Assembly: GCF_009834535.1 (NCBI RefSeq)
Contig: NC_045697.1
Coordinates: forward strand, 23,004,001-23,068,000
Length of the DNA: 64,000 nt
DNA from: Camelus ferus
Lineage: Eukaryota
Direction: 5' to 3'
Part shown: in pieces, positions 1 to 11,720 of the stretch
Layout: the number at the start of each line of letters is the position of its first letter
Numbering within the stretch: position 1 is the stretch's first letter
The notes under the pieces: model-generated
What the model was told of the DNA's origin: nothing
The model's database searches: none
Seen by the model: only the letters and a program-made list of their open reading frames with translations
Made by a program: the position numbers and the translations under genes

Positions 1-210
1 GCCACTCTGCATCCCCCTCATGGGTCTTGGAGGGGAAGGGGAATTAATGTGAAGATACAGCTCCTGCTGCATGTTGTGCTGGGAATGGTGCTGCTGCTTG
101 TCTCTGGCAGGGGAGCCTTGTGTCTGCAACCAGCATCCGTGAAACCCTGGCAGGCAACCTTATTGGTTTACAAGTCGAATAAAATTTTAGCTCCTTCATA
201 GTTCTTGATG
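1..210 (+). mobile_element. 3' part of an old ERVL-type LTR (MER68/MER76/MER77-like), truncated by the window edge
   Basis: ccagcatccgtgaaaccctggcaggcaacctt...gaataaaattttagctccttcatagttcttga resembles the recalled 3' end of this LTR group; subfamily uncertain. Confidence 0.55.
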
Positions 211-419
211 CTCTCCACAATGATTATCACTTATGTCATTTAATAAGAACATAGGATTAAGTCTGCAATTCTATGGGTATTCTTATTTCTCGCATGGTTT
301 TAAATTACTCAGAAGTAGGAAATGTAACTCATGAAACAATCATCCAGTAAATAATATAAATATTCAAGTTATCTTATTTTTTAATTTGCTTTTCCTTGCC
401 TGGGTGTAACATCAGTGAA

Positions 420-512
420 AACGGGGACTTGTCTTATTTATCTCTTCAAGCCTAGTGCTGAAAAAGTTCCTGGAAGATACCATATGCTTAAAAATATGTG
501 ATGAATGAATGA
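420..512 (+). mobile_element. L2 LINE 3' end fragment
   Basis: ggggacttgtcttattt...cctagtg...cctgg...atgtgatgaatgaatga, with the typical L2 (TGAA)n tail. Confidence 0.55.
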
Positions 513-824
513 TCAGAAACACCAAGTTTCTGCATGTAAAAAAGACTAACTTTTCTAGATTAAATTCGAAATATAAGTAAGATTACTGGTAGCAAAGATT
601 TTGAAAAAGACTTGTTTAAGTGATAATATATCTTATATGAAATACACATTGGCTTTATGTTCTGGGAATGGTTGCCTAAGATATGCTGTTAGCAGGAGGA
701 AACTTCCAGGATAGAGAGAGGGAAAAAACAAAAAACACCTAGATTTGGATAAAGTATGTCTTTATTCTGAGGCTATAGCTCTAAATATCCATGAGGACAC
801 CATTCAATAGAATTGCAAAATCTG

Positions 825-1120
825 TATAACTAAAAACGCAGTAGCCATTCTTCCCTAACAGGTGCACGTTCAGTGTTTAATAGACACATTGTCTCTAAAA
901 ATAAAGACTACATTTCCCAGCATTCCTTGCAAGTATTACTTGTTACTAATTGAGGCCAACAGGGTAAAGGTGGAAGTGCATGTGCAGCACCTAAGAAGTG
1001 TCCTGAAAATCATGCCTTTTTTGTGTCCTTCCTCCTTGTTTGCTTGAATGATGCAGATGTGGTGGCTTTAGCCAAGGCAAATATTGGGATCGTGTGATAT
1101 TGGATAACATACACATTATG
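825..1120 (+). mobile_element. MaLR LTR, MLT1J-like fragment
   Basis: aataaagactacatttcccagcattccttgcaag...ggccaac...gtggaagtg matches the recalled MLT1J core. Confidence 0.65.
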
Positions 1121-1644
1121 CTGCCTCAGTTACTTCATGTGTAACATTGGAATGCTTTTATGATTGCTTTGGATATTAAATGAAATACAAATTTTAAAAT
1201 GCTTGCTATGCTTCTGGTACACACAAAACACTAAAAACATAGTCTCTATTACTATAATTGAAGTTATATATTTAAGATGGTAGAATAATAATATAGAAAA
1301 TGTTTGACCTTCTAGGAGCTGTGACATTGGTCCTGAATTTGCTTCTTCTGCATTTAATTTCTATAAATTTAAAAAAAAAAACTTCTATTAAAAATTATTA
1401 TTACTAGCTGCTTTTAGTTTAGTTTATTTTTTCTTGGTCACTTTCAAAATAATCTTAATCGACGAATTTGGTAAATTTAAATTTAAAAGAGTAGTCATGA
1501 AGTTTCCAACAAATAAGATCCAAGAAAACAAGGAAAATGATTCAGAATTTGAAACTCACTTCATAATCATGGTTATAAATTATTTAGCATTTTCTACATG
1601 GAGACATTATTTGAAATCACTAGAGTATGCCAATTTTATAAGGC

Positions 1645-1780
1645 AAATCCACTTTTTTCAGCAAGAAATGTGAACATTGAGACTTAGCAAGGTAATAGCT
1701 AGCCCAAAGAAGCAAGCAAAGCAGAAACAGAGCTGGGTATCCAAGCCAGATGCATGGAACACCACAGCCCAGTCTTGGCA
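1645..1780 (-). mobile_element. MIR SINE fragment
   Basis: cattgagacttagcaaggtaatagctagcccaaag...cagagctgggtatccaagccag is the antisense MIR core. Confidence 0.5.
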
Positions 1781-3824
1781 TCTTACTGACATATGTTCTA
1801 CCATATTTCCGATAGGCAGAGTGTGATCAAAAAGCTTGTACGAATGTAGCCTCAAGGAGGCAACAGAGCCATCTGTGCGAAAACACAAACTTAACCGGCT
1901 CTTCCTCTCTAGAGCTGAGCCTGGAGCAGCCATTAGTACTATTTTTTTGGACATCTTTGGTGAGTTGTGCAATCACATTGTCAGTTATGCTTGTATGGGG
2001 AGTCTTCACTGCTAAGGTTTCTTTGTAAGTGGTTAGGCTTGTGTTCTATGGCAACACACTGGAGTACATCTTCTTTCCCAGGGCTCCTTTCTCATTTACA
2101 CAAATTATGCCCAGAATTATTTTCTTGTAGATAGATCATTTTCAGACACTGGGAATGGAACAGTGAGAACATTCTGCGACTAGCTGCGTTTTTGTTTTTT
2201 CAGGATCTTCAGTAAAAAAAAAAAAAAAAAAAAAAAAGTACTTACTTTTGTGCCGCCCTACTTACATTTATTTAAAAGTGATTTTTAAAAAAAAAAAAAA
2301 AACCCACACAAATTCCTTAAGAGCTTTGGTTTCCAATATATAAATTTAACAATCAGAAGTTAGCAATATTCTGGTTCAATCTTAAGAATAGAAGAGAAGA
2401 CAAAAAATGGTGAAGAACTTAGAAATATTCTTCAAAGGCTATCAAATCATGTAGGTTAAGGACATGTTCCCACACATAGAAGCACAGCAACCCCACAGCC
2501 ATGTGAGTAGCTTTCCTTTGGACCACTTTGTCTGCTTGATGTTAGGGAGGACGAGGAGGGTCTGCTGGCCCCCAGGACTGCCCTGTGGAGAATGCTGAAA
2601 GAGAGACACGCAGCCGTAAGCCTTGAATGAATATAGAGGTGGACTCCTCTGTTCCCAGAGAGAACTATTCGGAAAATAAATTATTTATCTTAGATAATTC
2701 AAGGTTCCATTTGCCTCTGGTGCCCTTTGGGAGATAAGAGATAGAAAAATAAAAATTTGAAGTATTTAACTCATAGGAAGAAACTACCCAGCAATGTCCG
2801 GGAGCTTAGACTAGAGAGGTTTCAGGAAAAAAGGATGAGTAACCCATTTCCAGACTAACATGCAAGAGGAGAAACCAGAAAGGATGGCTATTATTAAATC
2901 TTAAATGATATTTAAATGAAACTGAACACTCTCATATGGCCAACGGCAGAGGAGACTAACACAGAGAAAAATCTCAAATCTGTTTTTGCCTGGATCAAAT
3001 TTCCATTTATCTCCAATGTTGAGTGTACCCTGGGTCTGCGACTCGTAAAGTGTGTTGATTGTGTTTCTGATAGAGTAGATTTTTAATTAACAAAATGAAC
3101 TTACAGGCTGATTCATAATTGAAACCATGTCAGAGCAACACAATTGTTGGAATAGCTTCTCCCTTTGATGCCCTCGGAACGTCACATTCTTTCCCAACAG
3201 CTACTTTTGCCTTTGAGTGAGACAGAAAGACTGAGAGAAAAGTGGTTGTAAAAAGAGACATAGAAAGGGCAACACAGAATATTTCGAATTGTGTTGCAGA
3301 ATCTATTTTGTGAAGGCATAGCTCAGACTAGTCAAGTCTTTGCCTTCCACATCTTTGGAATGGAAACACTGCTTTTAATTTAAACCTTTAAAAGAGAATA
3401 AATATAATAAGGCTTTTTTTTTTTTCATGCACTCCTCTCATTTCTTTCTACATCTTAAAAATATCTATTCAATAATTAGTTAAGATTCTATTACTGGGGC
3501 CTTTTTAAGGAAAAAGAAAAGAAAAAAAAAACAAAGATGATTTCTTGTCTCATTTCCTTAAAACAAACACTTTCATTAGCACTTTAGACTTTATATTCTG
3601 AGTTTCTCCGATTTTCTTTCTTTTCTCACTCTCTTATCTTCGCCCTTTCTTGCTCAACTATCAACACGCCAACAGTTTCAAATAAAAGAAACGATAATTC
3701 AAAGATTTATTTTCTCGTTCTGGTTGCCAGGATATCTGAAATGAAAGAATTCTGAAGGTAGGTTATTAATTAAGGACAAGAAAATGCACATAAATGGAAA
3801 ATAAATAGACTTTGCTGCCCACAA

Positions 3825-3910
3825 TCTGTGTGACAGTAGGGATCTGACATTTCTGAGTGACAATTTTCTCATCTGTAGGATGAAGATCATAATTTCTAAT
3901 TTACATAGTT
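3825..3910 (+). mobile_element. MIR SINE fragment
   Basis: tgtgtgac...caattttctcatctgtaggatgaagatcataat matches the MIR core ctcagtttcctcatctgtaaaatggggataataat. Confidence 0.55.
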
Positions 3911-4019
3911 TCCAGTAGATGGAAGCCAGGTAACTTTCACAGTGGCAGAGTGGGGCCAGAGAACACCCGTCTAGTCCTCAGTCATCGTCTAAGATTTTTT
4001 CAGCCTTCACTCTGGTTCA

Positions 4020-4200
4020 GACGCTGGGCTACGTATTATCTTCAAATACAATATATCACTTTTGTTCTTCACAAAAACTCTAAGATATTTAAGCTAATAT
4101 TATCCGCATTATTGTAGATGAAAAAATCTGGAATCTGAAGAGATTTCATCACTCACCCGTGGTCATTAAAAATGCAGGACATCTGACTCTAGGACTCAGA
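4020..4200 (-). mobile_element. MIR SINE fragment
   Basis: ttcttcacaaaaactctaagat...tattatccgcattattgtagatgaaaaaatctg...tctgactctag, antisense MIR. Confidence 0.55.
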
Positions 4201-4707
4201 AAATCCTATACTATACAATTCTGTCTAACAACGTAATACAACTTCTCTGCAATCGTGCTGTTAGTCATGCAGTCTAAAGGGTATTTACTGATTCTAGAGT
4301 CATTTCAGCCCCATCTTTATGGAAATCTGCTCCTTAAAACTCCTTTAGACAAACATAAAAATAAAATCAAAGAACTAACATAAAACAACACAGATTTCCA
4401 TAAAGCAGGGGCTACTGTGGCATATGTTCGATTCAGAATATGGAGCAGAATGGGAAACAGTGTTAGTTTAGTCACCAACAGTCCATGTCTTGGCTGGATT
4501 TCATAACGCCTCCAGGACAAAAACATGGTGTTTTAGAGCCACACATTATCAGTACTTGTCATGAAAAAATTGCCTGAGATTTATGCAGACAAGCTTCTTT
4601 TAGTCTACTTTTTGAGGAACAGTAAGATTAGCTCAGAATACACACACCACACAAGTACACACACACATCTATGTATTTGTTTTTCAAATAGCTTATCTTC
4701 ACAGTTC

Positions 4708-5680
4708 CTCATTCAACAAATATTTTTAAACTCCATTGTGTGGCATTCACTGCACAGGTGAGAGGAGAATGGGGGGACAATGACATAAAAGAGTCTTACA
4801 CACTTACAGGGCTTACATTTGGGTGTAGGCCTTAAGAATGCTGGGCCCAGAGAAACTATATCCACTTGGCAAGCAGCTGGGGTCTGCCCCCCTTGATCCT
4901 CTGGTCCAGGCAGTCACCCCTGCAAGGGGAGGGGCCTGGTGGTCAGAGGACATAGCAGACATCCCTGAGCCCCTGGCTCTCAGTCCTGCTTGGCTGGCAC
5001 TGGGTTTCCATGAGGCTCTGGTCCAGGTGGAAGGCCCCTGACATGGTGCGTGGGTCAGGGTGGTCATTAAGGTGCTCGATACAGTGGGCATCTCAAGCAA
5101 CAGAAGCAGTTTTACGGGGCTTCAGTCATAGAACCACCATCAAATACTCCCCTCCCTGATTCCTCACCCCTTCTGATGTCCTGTATCCTGTCCTATAACT
5201 GTGAATAAAGTTCTCGTCAATCCCCACCTTTAAAAAAAAATTGTCTCCCTCTCTTGTGGGAGACAGTATAATATAGGATAAATTGATAAATAAGATGATC
5301 ACAGACTGTGAAAAGTTCAGTGAAGAACAGGAATACCTAGGCTGACATGACTGAGGAAACAGGGAAGGGATGGCTTTGGATGGGATGTCACGGAAGATAT
5401 GACTCTTTCTGGAGGTGCGATGTAAGACGCTGAAGGATAAGGAGCAGCCATGTGGGTGAAGAAGTAGAAGTCAGATCAAGATAGAGAAGACAGAGTGCAG
5501 AACTTTTGAGGAAATAAAGAGATCAGCATGTTCTGGGAATAGAAAGAGAGACCAATTTGCCTGGACCTGACTAAGCAATTTGGAAAGTGACTTGAGATGA
5601 TGTTGGAGAAATTTACAGACCCATAATCATTTAAGAATCTCAGACCACGATATGGAAATGGTGTTAAATTAGCAAAAAAG
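4708..5680 (-). mobile_element. L2 LINE 3' region, interrupted by an LTR-like insert at ~4824-5255
   Basis: attcaacaaatattt...gggcttacattt | gtgggagacag...ataagatgat...gaaggataaggagcagccatgtg; the two halves are colinear with the antisense L2 consensus. Confidence 0.65.
4824..5255 (+). mobile_element. Probable solo LTR (class III/ERVL-like, unclassified)
   Basis: GC-richer ~430-bp block starting TGTAGG, AATAAA at 5204-5209, flanked by a near-identical 5-mer (ttggg 4819-4823 / gtggg 5256-5260); splits an L2. Confidence 0.5.
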
Positions 5681-5964
5681 ACATAATTCACCAAGAATTC
5701 CAATTAATTTAAACACACAAGCCAACAGAATATATGTGTACTAGGATTACACAGTTTCATTATTCCAATCAAATCAGCAAATAAACTGTAGCTGTTTTTA
5801 GTTTATATAGTCAATCATTTCTGTTGTGTTATCACCTGTCTTGCTAGATAGTGAAGAAAGATAGGGGTACGGAATTGGTGGGGGGGAGTGGCAAGTAGGA
5901 AGTTAATCTTTTTCAAACTCAATGTCTTTTTGAAATATTTTTAAGACTTTTGTTAAAAAATAAA

Positions 5965-6037
5965 GGTACTGAATATTGAACCCAGGACCTTGTGCGTGCT
6001 AAGAATGTGCTCTAACACTGAGCTATTACTTCCCTCC
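5965..6037 (-). mobile_element. tRNA-derived SINE, camelid Vic-1-like
   Basis: Reverse complement reads ggagggaagtaaTAGCTCAGTGTTAGAGcacattcttagcacgcacaaggtcctgGGTTCAATattcagtacc, with Pol III A-box and B-box-like motifs, close to the recalled Vic-1 head. Confidence 0.75.
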
Positions 6038-6052
6038 TTGACACACTTTAAC

Positions 6053-6425
6053 TGTGGCAGACAAGTAACTTCTCAATTGTTTTCTCTTTTTTCATGGTAA
6101 TAGAGCTTTAGTGGCAGCATGAAAATCAAGAAGCTTAGGCGCAAGATTTCATAGCCTCCTTGCCATTTGGGCATCCCACTGAGCTGTGAATAAACTGATG
6201 TGTGCAACTTCTGCATCACTTTCTTTAGTGGGAATTGTTTGACTTCAAATTCCTCATTTCCCCTCCTTTGAGCTGGAAAGCATAATGGTTTGAGAGCTTG
6301 TCTCAGACATGTAGATGAAGAAAACACCCTAGTGCTTTGGGGAAGGAGGAACTACAAGATTAGAAGAACTGGGGCCCTTGAATAACCCTATAGAACGAAT
6401 CCTCCTCACTAGTCAAGATCACTCA
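6053..6425 (+). mobile_element. MaLR LTR, MLT1J/MLT1I-like
   Basis: Starts tgtggcagac; contains catggtaataga, tgatgtgtgcaacttctg and acaagattagaagaactggggcccttga. Confidence 0.6.
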
Positions 6426-8762
6426 CTTCCATAGCATTACTTGAACACAGATGGGTGAGCAATACATAGTGCTGGGTACATATGAGAGTTCATGTCCGGG
6501 GAAAGATGAGGCTTCAGGTTTGTAGGCATGGGAAAATGGGGTCACTCTTCTGTCCTCAAGGGTGGGAGTGGCTACATACTGTCTTCTGGATCTTCTCTCT
6601 GGGAGATGTCTCCAATCTAAAATCACCGATTGCTCAACCTGTTTATTTTCAAAGTATGGAGGGATTACTCTTAGCAAAAGCATAGAAGATCTGCTAAACC
6701 TTAGCTCTGCATGGTACTGCAGTCTCGTGAATCACACCCTCATTCTCTAACGAGTCCTTTGTTTTAGCTGTTCAAGCTACTGCTAAACCTGTGGGCTCTT
6801 GCCTGAGTCAATCCCTGAAGCACTGTCTTTTATATGAACATTTTCTGTGTCTGCTACAAAACATTCGTAATTTCTGTACTTTAAGTACACAATGTGGTAG
6901 CTGAAGGAGACATGTGACAATAGCTGAGGTTATTTCAATGCCTAATCACTCCATGCTTATTTTAGAGAGGGCTTGTCCATGGCAACAGACTTTTTGAAGA
7001 TAACGAAAAGGGCGATGGGTTTTACTTTAGATTTCTTTCACTTCAATTTCTTCTATAATCTCCCAATATTTTGCATGTGTGTGCATATGTGTGTGTGGAC
7101 AGGGAACCAGAATACTCATGCCTACCTACTTATTCCCTCACCTCTTCTTTCTGTGTTCTACGTTGTCCTATACAGAAGTGTTTCAGTTTTCTTTCCAAGC
7201 AAGCAGGTCTTGCTTTATATCATTTCCTCATTCTTCATGAAGAAGTTCTTATTCTTGACCCCTTGCACTAGCTATAATATTTGATGGCTTTAGAAGGAAT
7301 TGATTTGTCTGCTACAGAAATGGAAAAATATCAGCTTAATATTTCATGATATTATCTTCAAGACACATGCTTATATACATGCCCATATAATATGTATATT
7401 ATTAACTTGCTTTGCCAATTTTTATCAGAAAATCTTAAGAAATCGAGTAGGTGGAGACATTTTTGAAATTGACTTTTTAAGACCATCTCAGTCTTCGTTC
7501 TTATCTTTTGCCAGAGCTAATTTGAAACTTCACTTACTAACCTGAAGATAATTGTGTGCTCTTCGGCTGTATTATTTAGAATATAGGTAGAATCTTGCAA
7601 GCTGAAATAGTGCCCATTTCTATACAAGGAGATTATCCTGTTTGAGATTCCCAATTATGATATCTTGACAATAAAGCTTTGACTGTTTTCTATTTCACAA
7701 ACTGGAGTACTCATGCAAAATTTCTTGTTTGTTAAGTACATTTTGTATATAAGCAGTGATTCGGCTTATTTTTATAACTGAGAAATTTAACCTCTAAAAA
7801 CTGTTTAGTGACTTCACTTCCTCTTCTTCAAACTCTCAAAGGAAAATGGAAACGCTCTATTCAAAACACAAGTCCTCAAAAGAACATTTGGTACATCAAA
7901 AATTCATTATAGGTGCCAGGATAAATTTGGTACTACACAACTTTCCTGAACCAATAAAGTTTTAAAGATATTTCTGATATGTTATCTACAACACATTTGA
8001 AAATACATTTGGAAAAAATATAGAAATCGCCATACATTTCTTCTAAGAAAAACAGCTGTTTTCTTCCTCATCCCAACTTGAATAAATAAACAGACAAGAA
8101 GGTATAAGAGACAGATGAGGCCCAGGAGAGAGACTTGAAGATATAAATATCAACCACATTTAAAAAGAAGCGTTCGCTTAAGTGTCCATCATCTTAAGCT
8201 TTCTTTTCCATAAAATAATTTTAAGTCAGATTATTCTATAATAGGATATAAAGTGTAAAAAATTGTAGGAACATTAAATTTTGTTAACTATGTGCTATAT
8301 TCAATATATTTATTGAAAAATTATTATAAAAATCTCAATTATAATTATTAAAAAATCTCTGTTATCCTGAAGGAAGATGAGACTTTCAGGAGGATTGGAA
8401 GAAGACATGGCAACTACCTGATTTTTCATATTCGTTTTCTTAGGATATGTTTCATAATACAGGCAACCATTTCTTCCCAAAGAAAAAGATTTTTTTTTGT
8501 AAATCATAGTTTTGACCTGAAACTTAGGATCAACTTCATAAAAGAATAGTAAAAAATAAAGCAATAACTCCAAAACATCATAATTACATAAAAGTGTAAA
8601 ACAATTAATAGAACTATACAGATAAAGATAAATTCATCTCTTATGGCAGGCAGCTCTTGCTTACACTGCCCTATAAATCATGCATGGTGTTCTTATACTT
8701 AAGTCTATTTTCAAAATGTTTGACTCCAAACTATATGCCTTCTGTAAAAAAAAAAAAATCTA

Positions 8763-9330
8763 ATTCAATTCAACAAATATCTGAAGTTTGCAGGTTATAC
8801 TGCAGAATTTTCTACATACTATGTGGTCTGCATATCACAGGGAGAGCAGACATTAATAAGTTATAGCCCTGCCTTCAAAGAAGTTAAGATTCCCCAAAGG
8901 AAATCCAAAGATCTTTGCAGAAAATCATTACATATGGATAAAATAATCAGCCATCTGATTTTCTAAGGCATCAAGCAAAACATATTGGAGACGATAGATA
9001 CTGAAATGGGTGTTGAAAATTGCACCAGGAGCTGCAAGTTCAGTGATGGCATTCTCGGACAGGAGACTACCTTGGGAAGAGACACAGAAGCCATAGAGTA
9101 AAAGACACGTTTACAAAACGATGAGGAAACATTGAGCTATATTGCAAGTTACCTGGGAAGAAGAGTTAAGTGTAGAAATGAGCAAACTGTTATTTCAGGA
9201 CCTCCGTCAACATTTCTCAATCACGAGCTGTCTTATTTTTCAAAATAATAAGGTTGGAACACATCAGATGTCTGAATTTAAAACGTATGCTTAATTTGAT
9301 AGACAACAGGGAACCATACAGTTCTATAAA
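8763..9330 (-). mobile_element. L2 LINE fragment
   Basis: attcaattcaacaaatat...gccctgccttcaaagaagtta...gatagacaacagggaaccat, antisense L2 landmarks. Confidence 0.55.
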
Positions 9331-10536
9331 TTCATTTTTAAATTCAAAGATATTTTTATTTCTTTATAAGAATTTAGAAAGGCATTTTGGGGTGTCCCAT
9401 GTCATCTGTTCTGATGAAATTTAAAGTGGCACATTCCTTTTCCATCAATAATTTCCCCATAGAAAGAAGTTATTCAAAATCCTCCATTGCTCTTCAATTA
9501 CTCTTTTCAAAAACAGCCTATCTATTTTTTTTCCCTCTTGAATCTAGAGGGCAAGGTGTTAGAATTAAATGAGTGAATAGAAGCAAACTTGAAATTGAGG
9601 TCTAAATTTGACAAATAGAAAATAGGCTGAAATTTAAAAGGACAAAGGGTGAGAGCTACTTAAGGAATGCAAAATATCAGAGAAGAAAAACCATCTTCTC
9701 TGGGGCCCTCCTATTTTGCACTTCCTCTTTCCTTTCCTGATGTTTTTGCCAAACAGAAAGACTTCAGCAAACTTTACTAAGTATTTTCCCCCAATGCATC
9801 CCTAGTCTAGACAATTTAGTTGGGAACTTTATTACTAAGGAGAAATTGAGACAGTTATAAAAATGGAAGGCATAGGCAGGTGAGAGGACCAAGTTCCCTC
9901 GCCATAGATTGAGGCTGATGAAAGGGCATCTTATTAAGAAGGAGCTTGGGATGTGATGCAGGGAAAATAAAGACAAGAGAACATGTTAATCCTAATTGCT
10001 TTACCAGCACAGAGAAGCAAAGGAACCCTTGGAACTCAGTGTTGATATGCACTCCGTGATGGAGCATTGCTTGGAAGAAAGGATATTCTCAGGGAAGTAC
10101 TAGAATTTTATAACTGCTAAAGCCTTACATTTCGATGGGTAGAGGAGCCATGCAATTTGTCATTCAAACTACGGTGCTTCTGAATTAAAGGGAGGTCCAT
10201 ATATAATAAATTGGCATTTTTTTTGACTGACCAAATGCTCAAACTGGCAGAGTTACACGGTGACTCTACCAATGGGGCTTTATCACAAGCCTCATTGTTT
10301 AGAGGGATTGAAACTCCTGTCCCGACTTTTGGATGTTTACAAACGGGACATTTCAAATTCAGCCGCTAAGAACTTAAGGAAAGAAATAAAGAACATGAAG
10401 CTGGAACTGAAGTCTATGGAAATCTTCAAAATGGCCTAGAGAACACAGGAACCGTGGTTAGTGAGGCCTTTAGAGAGCATCTCCTCCAGCCTCAGCACCT
10501 GCAGAATTTTCTGTTAATGGAGAACTCGAGGGCCTC

Positions 10537-10568
10537 GCGCGCCCCCTGCTGGCAGGGCGGCAACAGCT
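10537..10568 (-). promoter_or_regulatory. Predicted CTCF binding site (core plus possible upstream module)
   Basis: + strand gcgccccctgctggc (10539-10553) reads GCCAGCAGGGGGCGC on minus, essentially the CTCF core consensus; 5 CpGs within 10526-10560 in a CpG-poor window. Confidence 0.7.
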
Positions 10569-11085
10569 CAGATGCCTGGCCACATCCCTAGACCAAATGG
10601 CTTTACTGAACCCCTCATATCTGTAAGAAATATTACTATTTTAATACTAGCAAGAATATAAATTAGGACTGTCATCCTCTTCTTACATTTCAGACCCTAA
10701 ATGCCATCATATTTAAGCCCATTAGACGTGATAACCAGATAAGTCCATTTTTACATTGGGCGTTTTTTTCAATGTGTTTAAGTGCTCTGTGTCTTTAGTT
10801 TTCCGGAAAAAAAGATACTTGTAAAAGTAAAATTTTCCTCTGTCTATTTCCTTTTAACTAATTATTCTAGAGTCTTCCTTTGTCATTTTTTGGTGTAACA
10901 AAGGAACTCAATAATTATAGTTGACTGTGTATGAATCACTAAAATATTGATTAAATCACTGAAAGCTGCCAACTTTTGGGGAAACTGCCATTTTTTAGTC
11001 ATCCTTCAGTTTCTAAATAGTCTAATGAGTTGAACAATGGAAAAATTCAGGAAACCTGTAAAGATAGTTCTAAGCCAAGAAATAG

Positions 11086-11087
<2 letters not shown>

Positions 11088-11118
<31 letters not shown>
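11088..11118. repeat. Poly(T) run, 31 nt
   Basis: Direct reading. Confidence 0.95.
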
Positions 11119-11119
<1 letters not shown>

Positions 11120-11554
11120 GTATTCTATGTGTGGGCCTGAATTAATCTTTAACCACTTATGCTTAGATGTCATTTTTTTTTCATTTTGAAATCAATGGCA
11201 AACTGTTACCTAGTGCTTGATAAATTCTAAGCTGTTTTTCTATTTTACACTTTTTAAATACGGAATCTCTAACATACCACTTATGCATGCTGTAATAAAA
11301 ATAGAGGAAATAAAGCCTTGCTTCTTGCCAGTGCTTACGTAGATACAGCATCCAAAAAACAACTTTCATCTTTTAAGGAAGATGTCAGTGTGTTCCCATT
11401 TTAATAGGTCTGTTAATTTATTTGAAGAAAAGCATGATCTTAGAGGGAAACAATAAAATGTCTACGTACTTTACCAGTTTGCAGTGTATTTGCTGATGCT
11501 TCCATCTTAAGTATATGACATCAGGGTACAATACAAATCATGACAAAAAAGATA

Positions 11555-11720
11555 GATGCTTTGCACTATTTTAAGACCTTTATGTATATTAACACCTTAA
11601 TCCTTATAGTAACCATAAGAGATGGTGCTCTATTTTTACTTACAAGGGAGGGAATTAAGGCACAGAGGCAGCTGATAAGGGGCAAAGTTGAGAGTCAAAC
11701 ACAAGCAATCTTGCTGTATG
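11555..11720 (-). mobile_element. MIR SINE (internally deleted)
   Basis: gcactattttaagacctttatgtatattaacaccttaatccttatagtaacc...ttacaagggagggaattaaggcacagagg. Confidence 0.6.

Noticed and set aside
5965..6037. Functional tRNA gene
   Set aside because: Degenerate B box and poor acceptor-stem pairing; better explained as a tRNA-derived SINE
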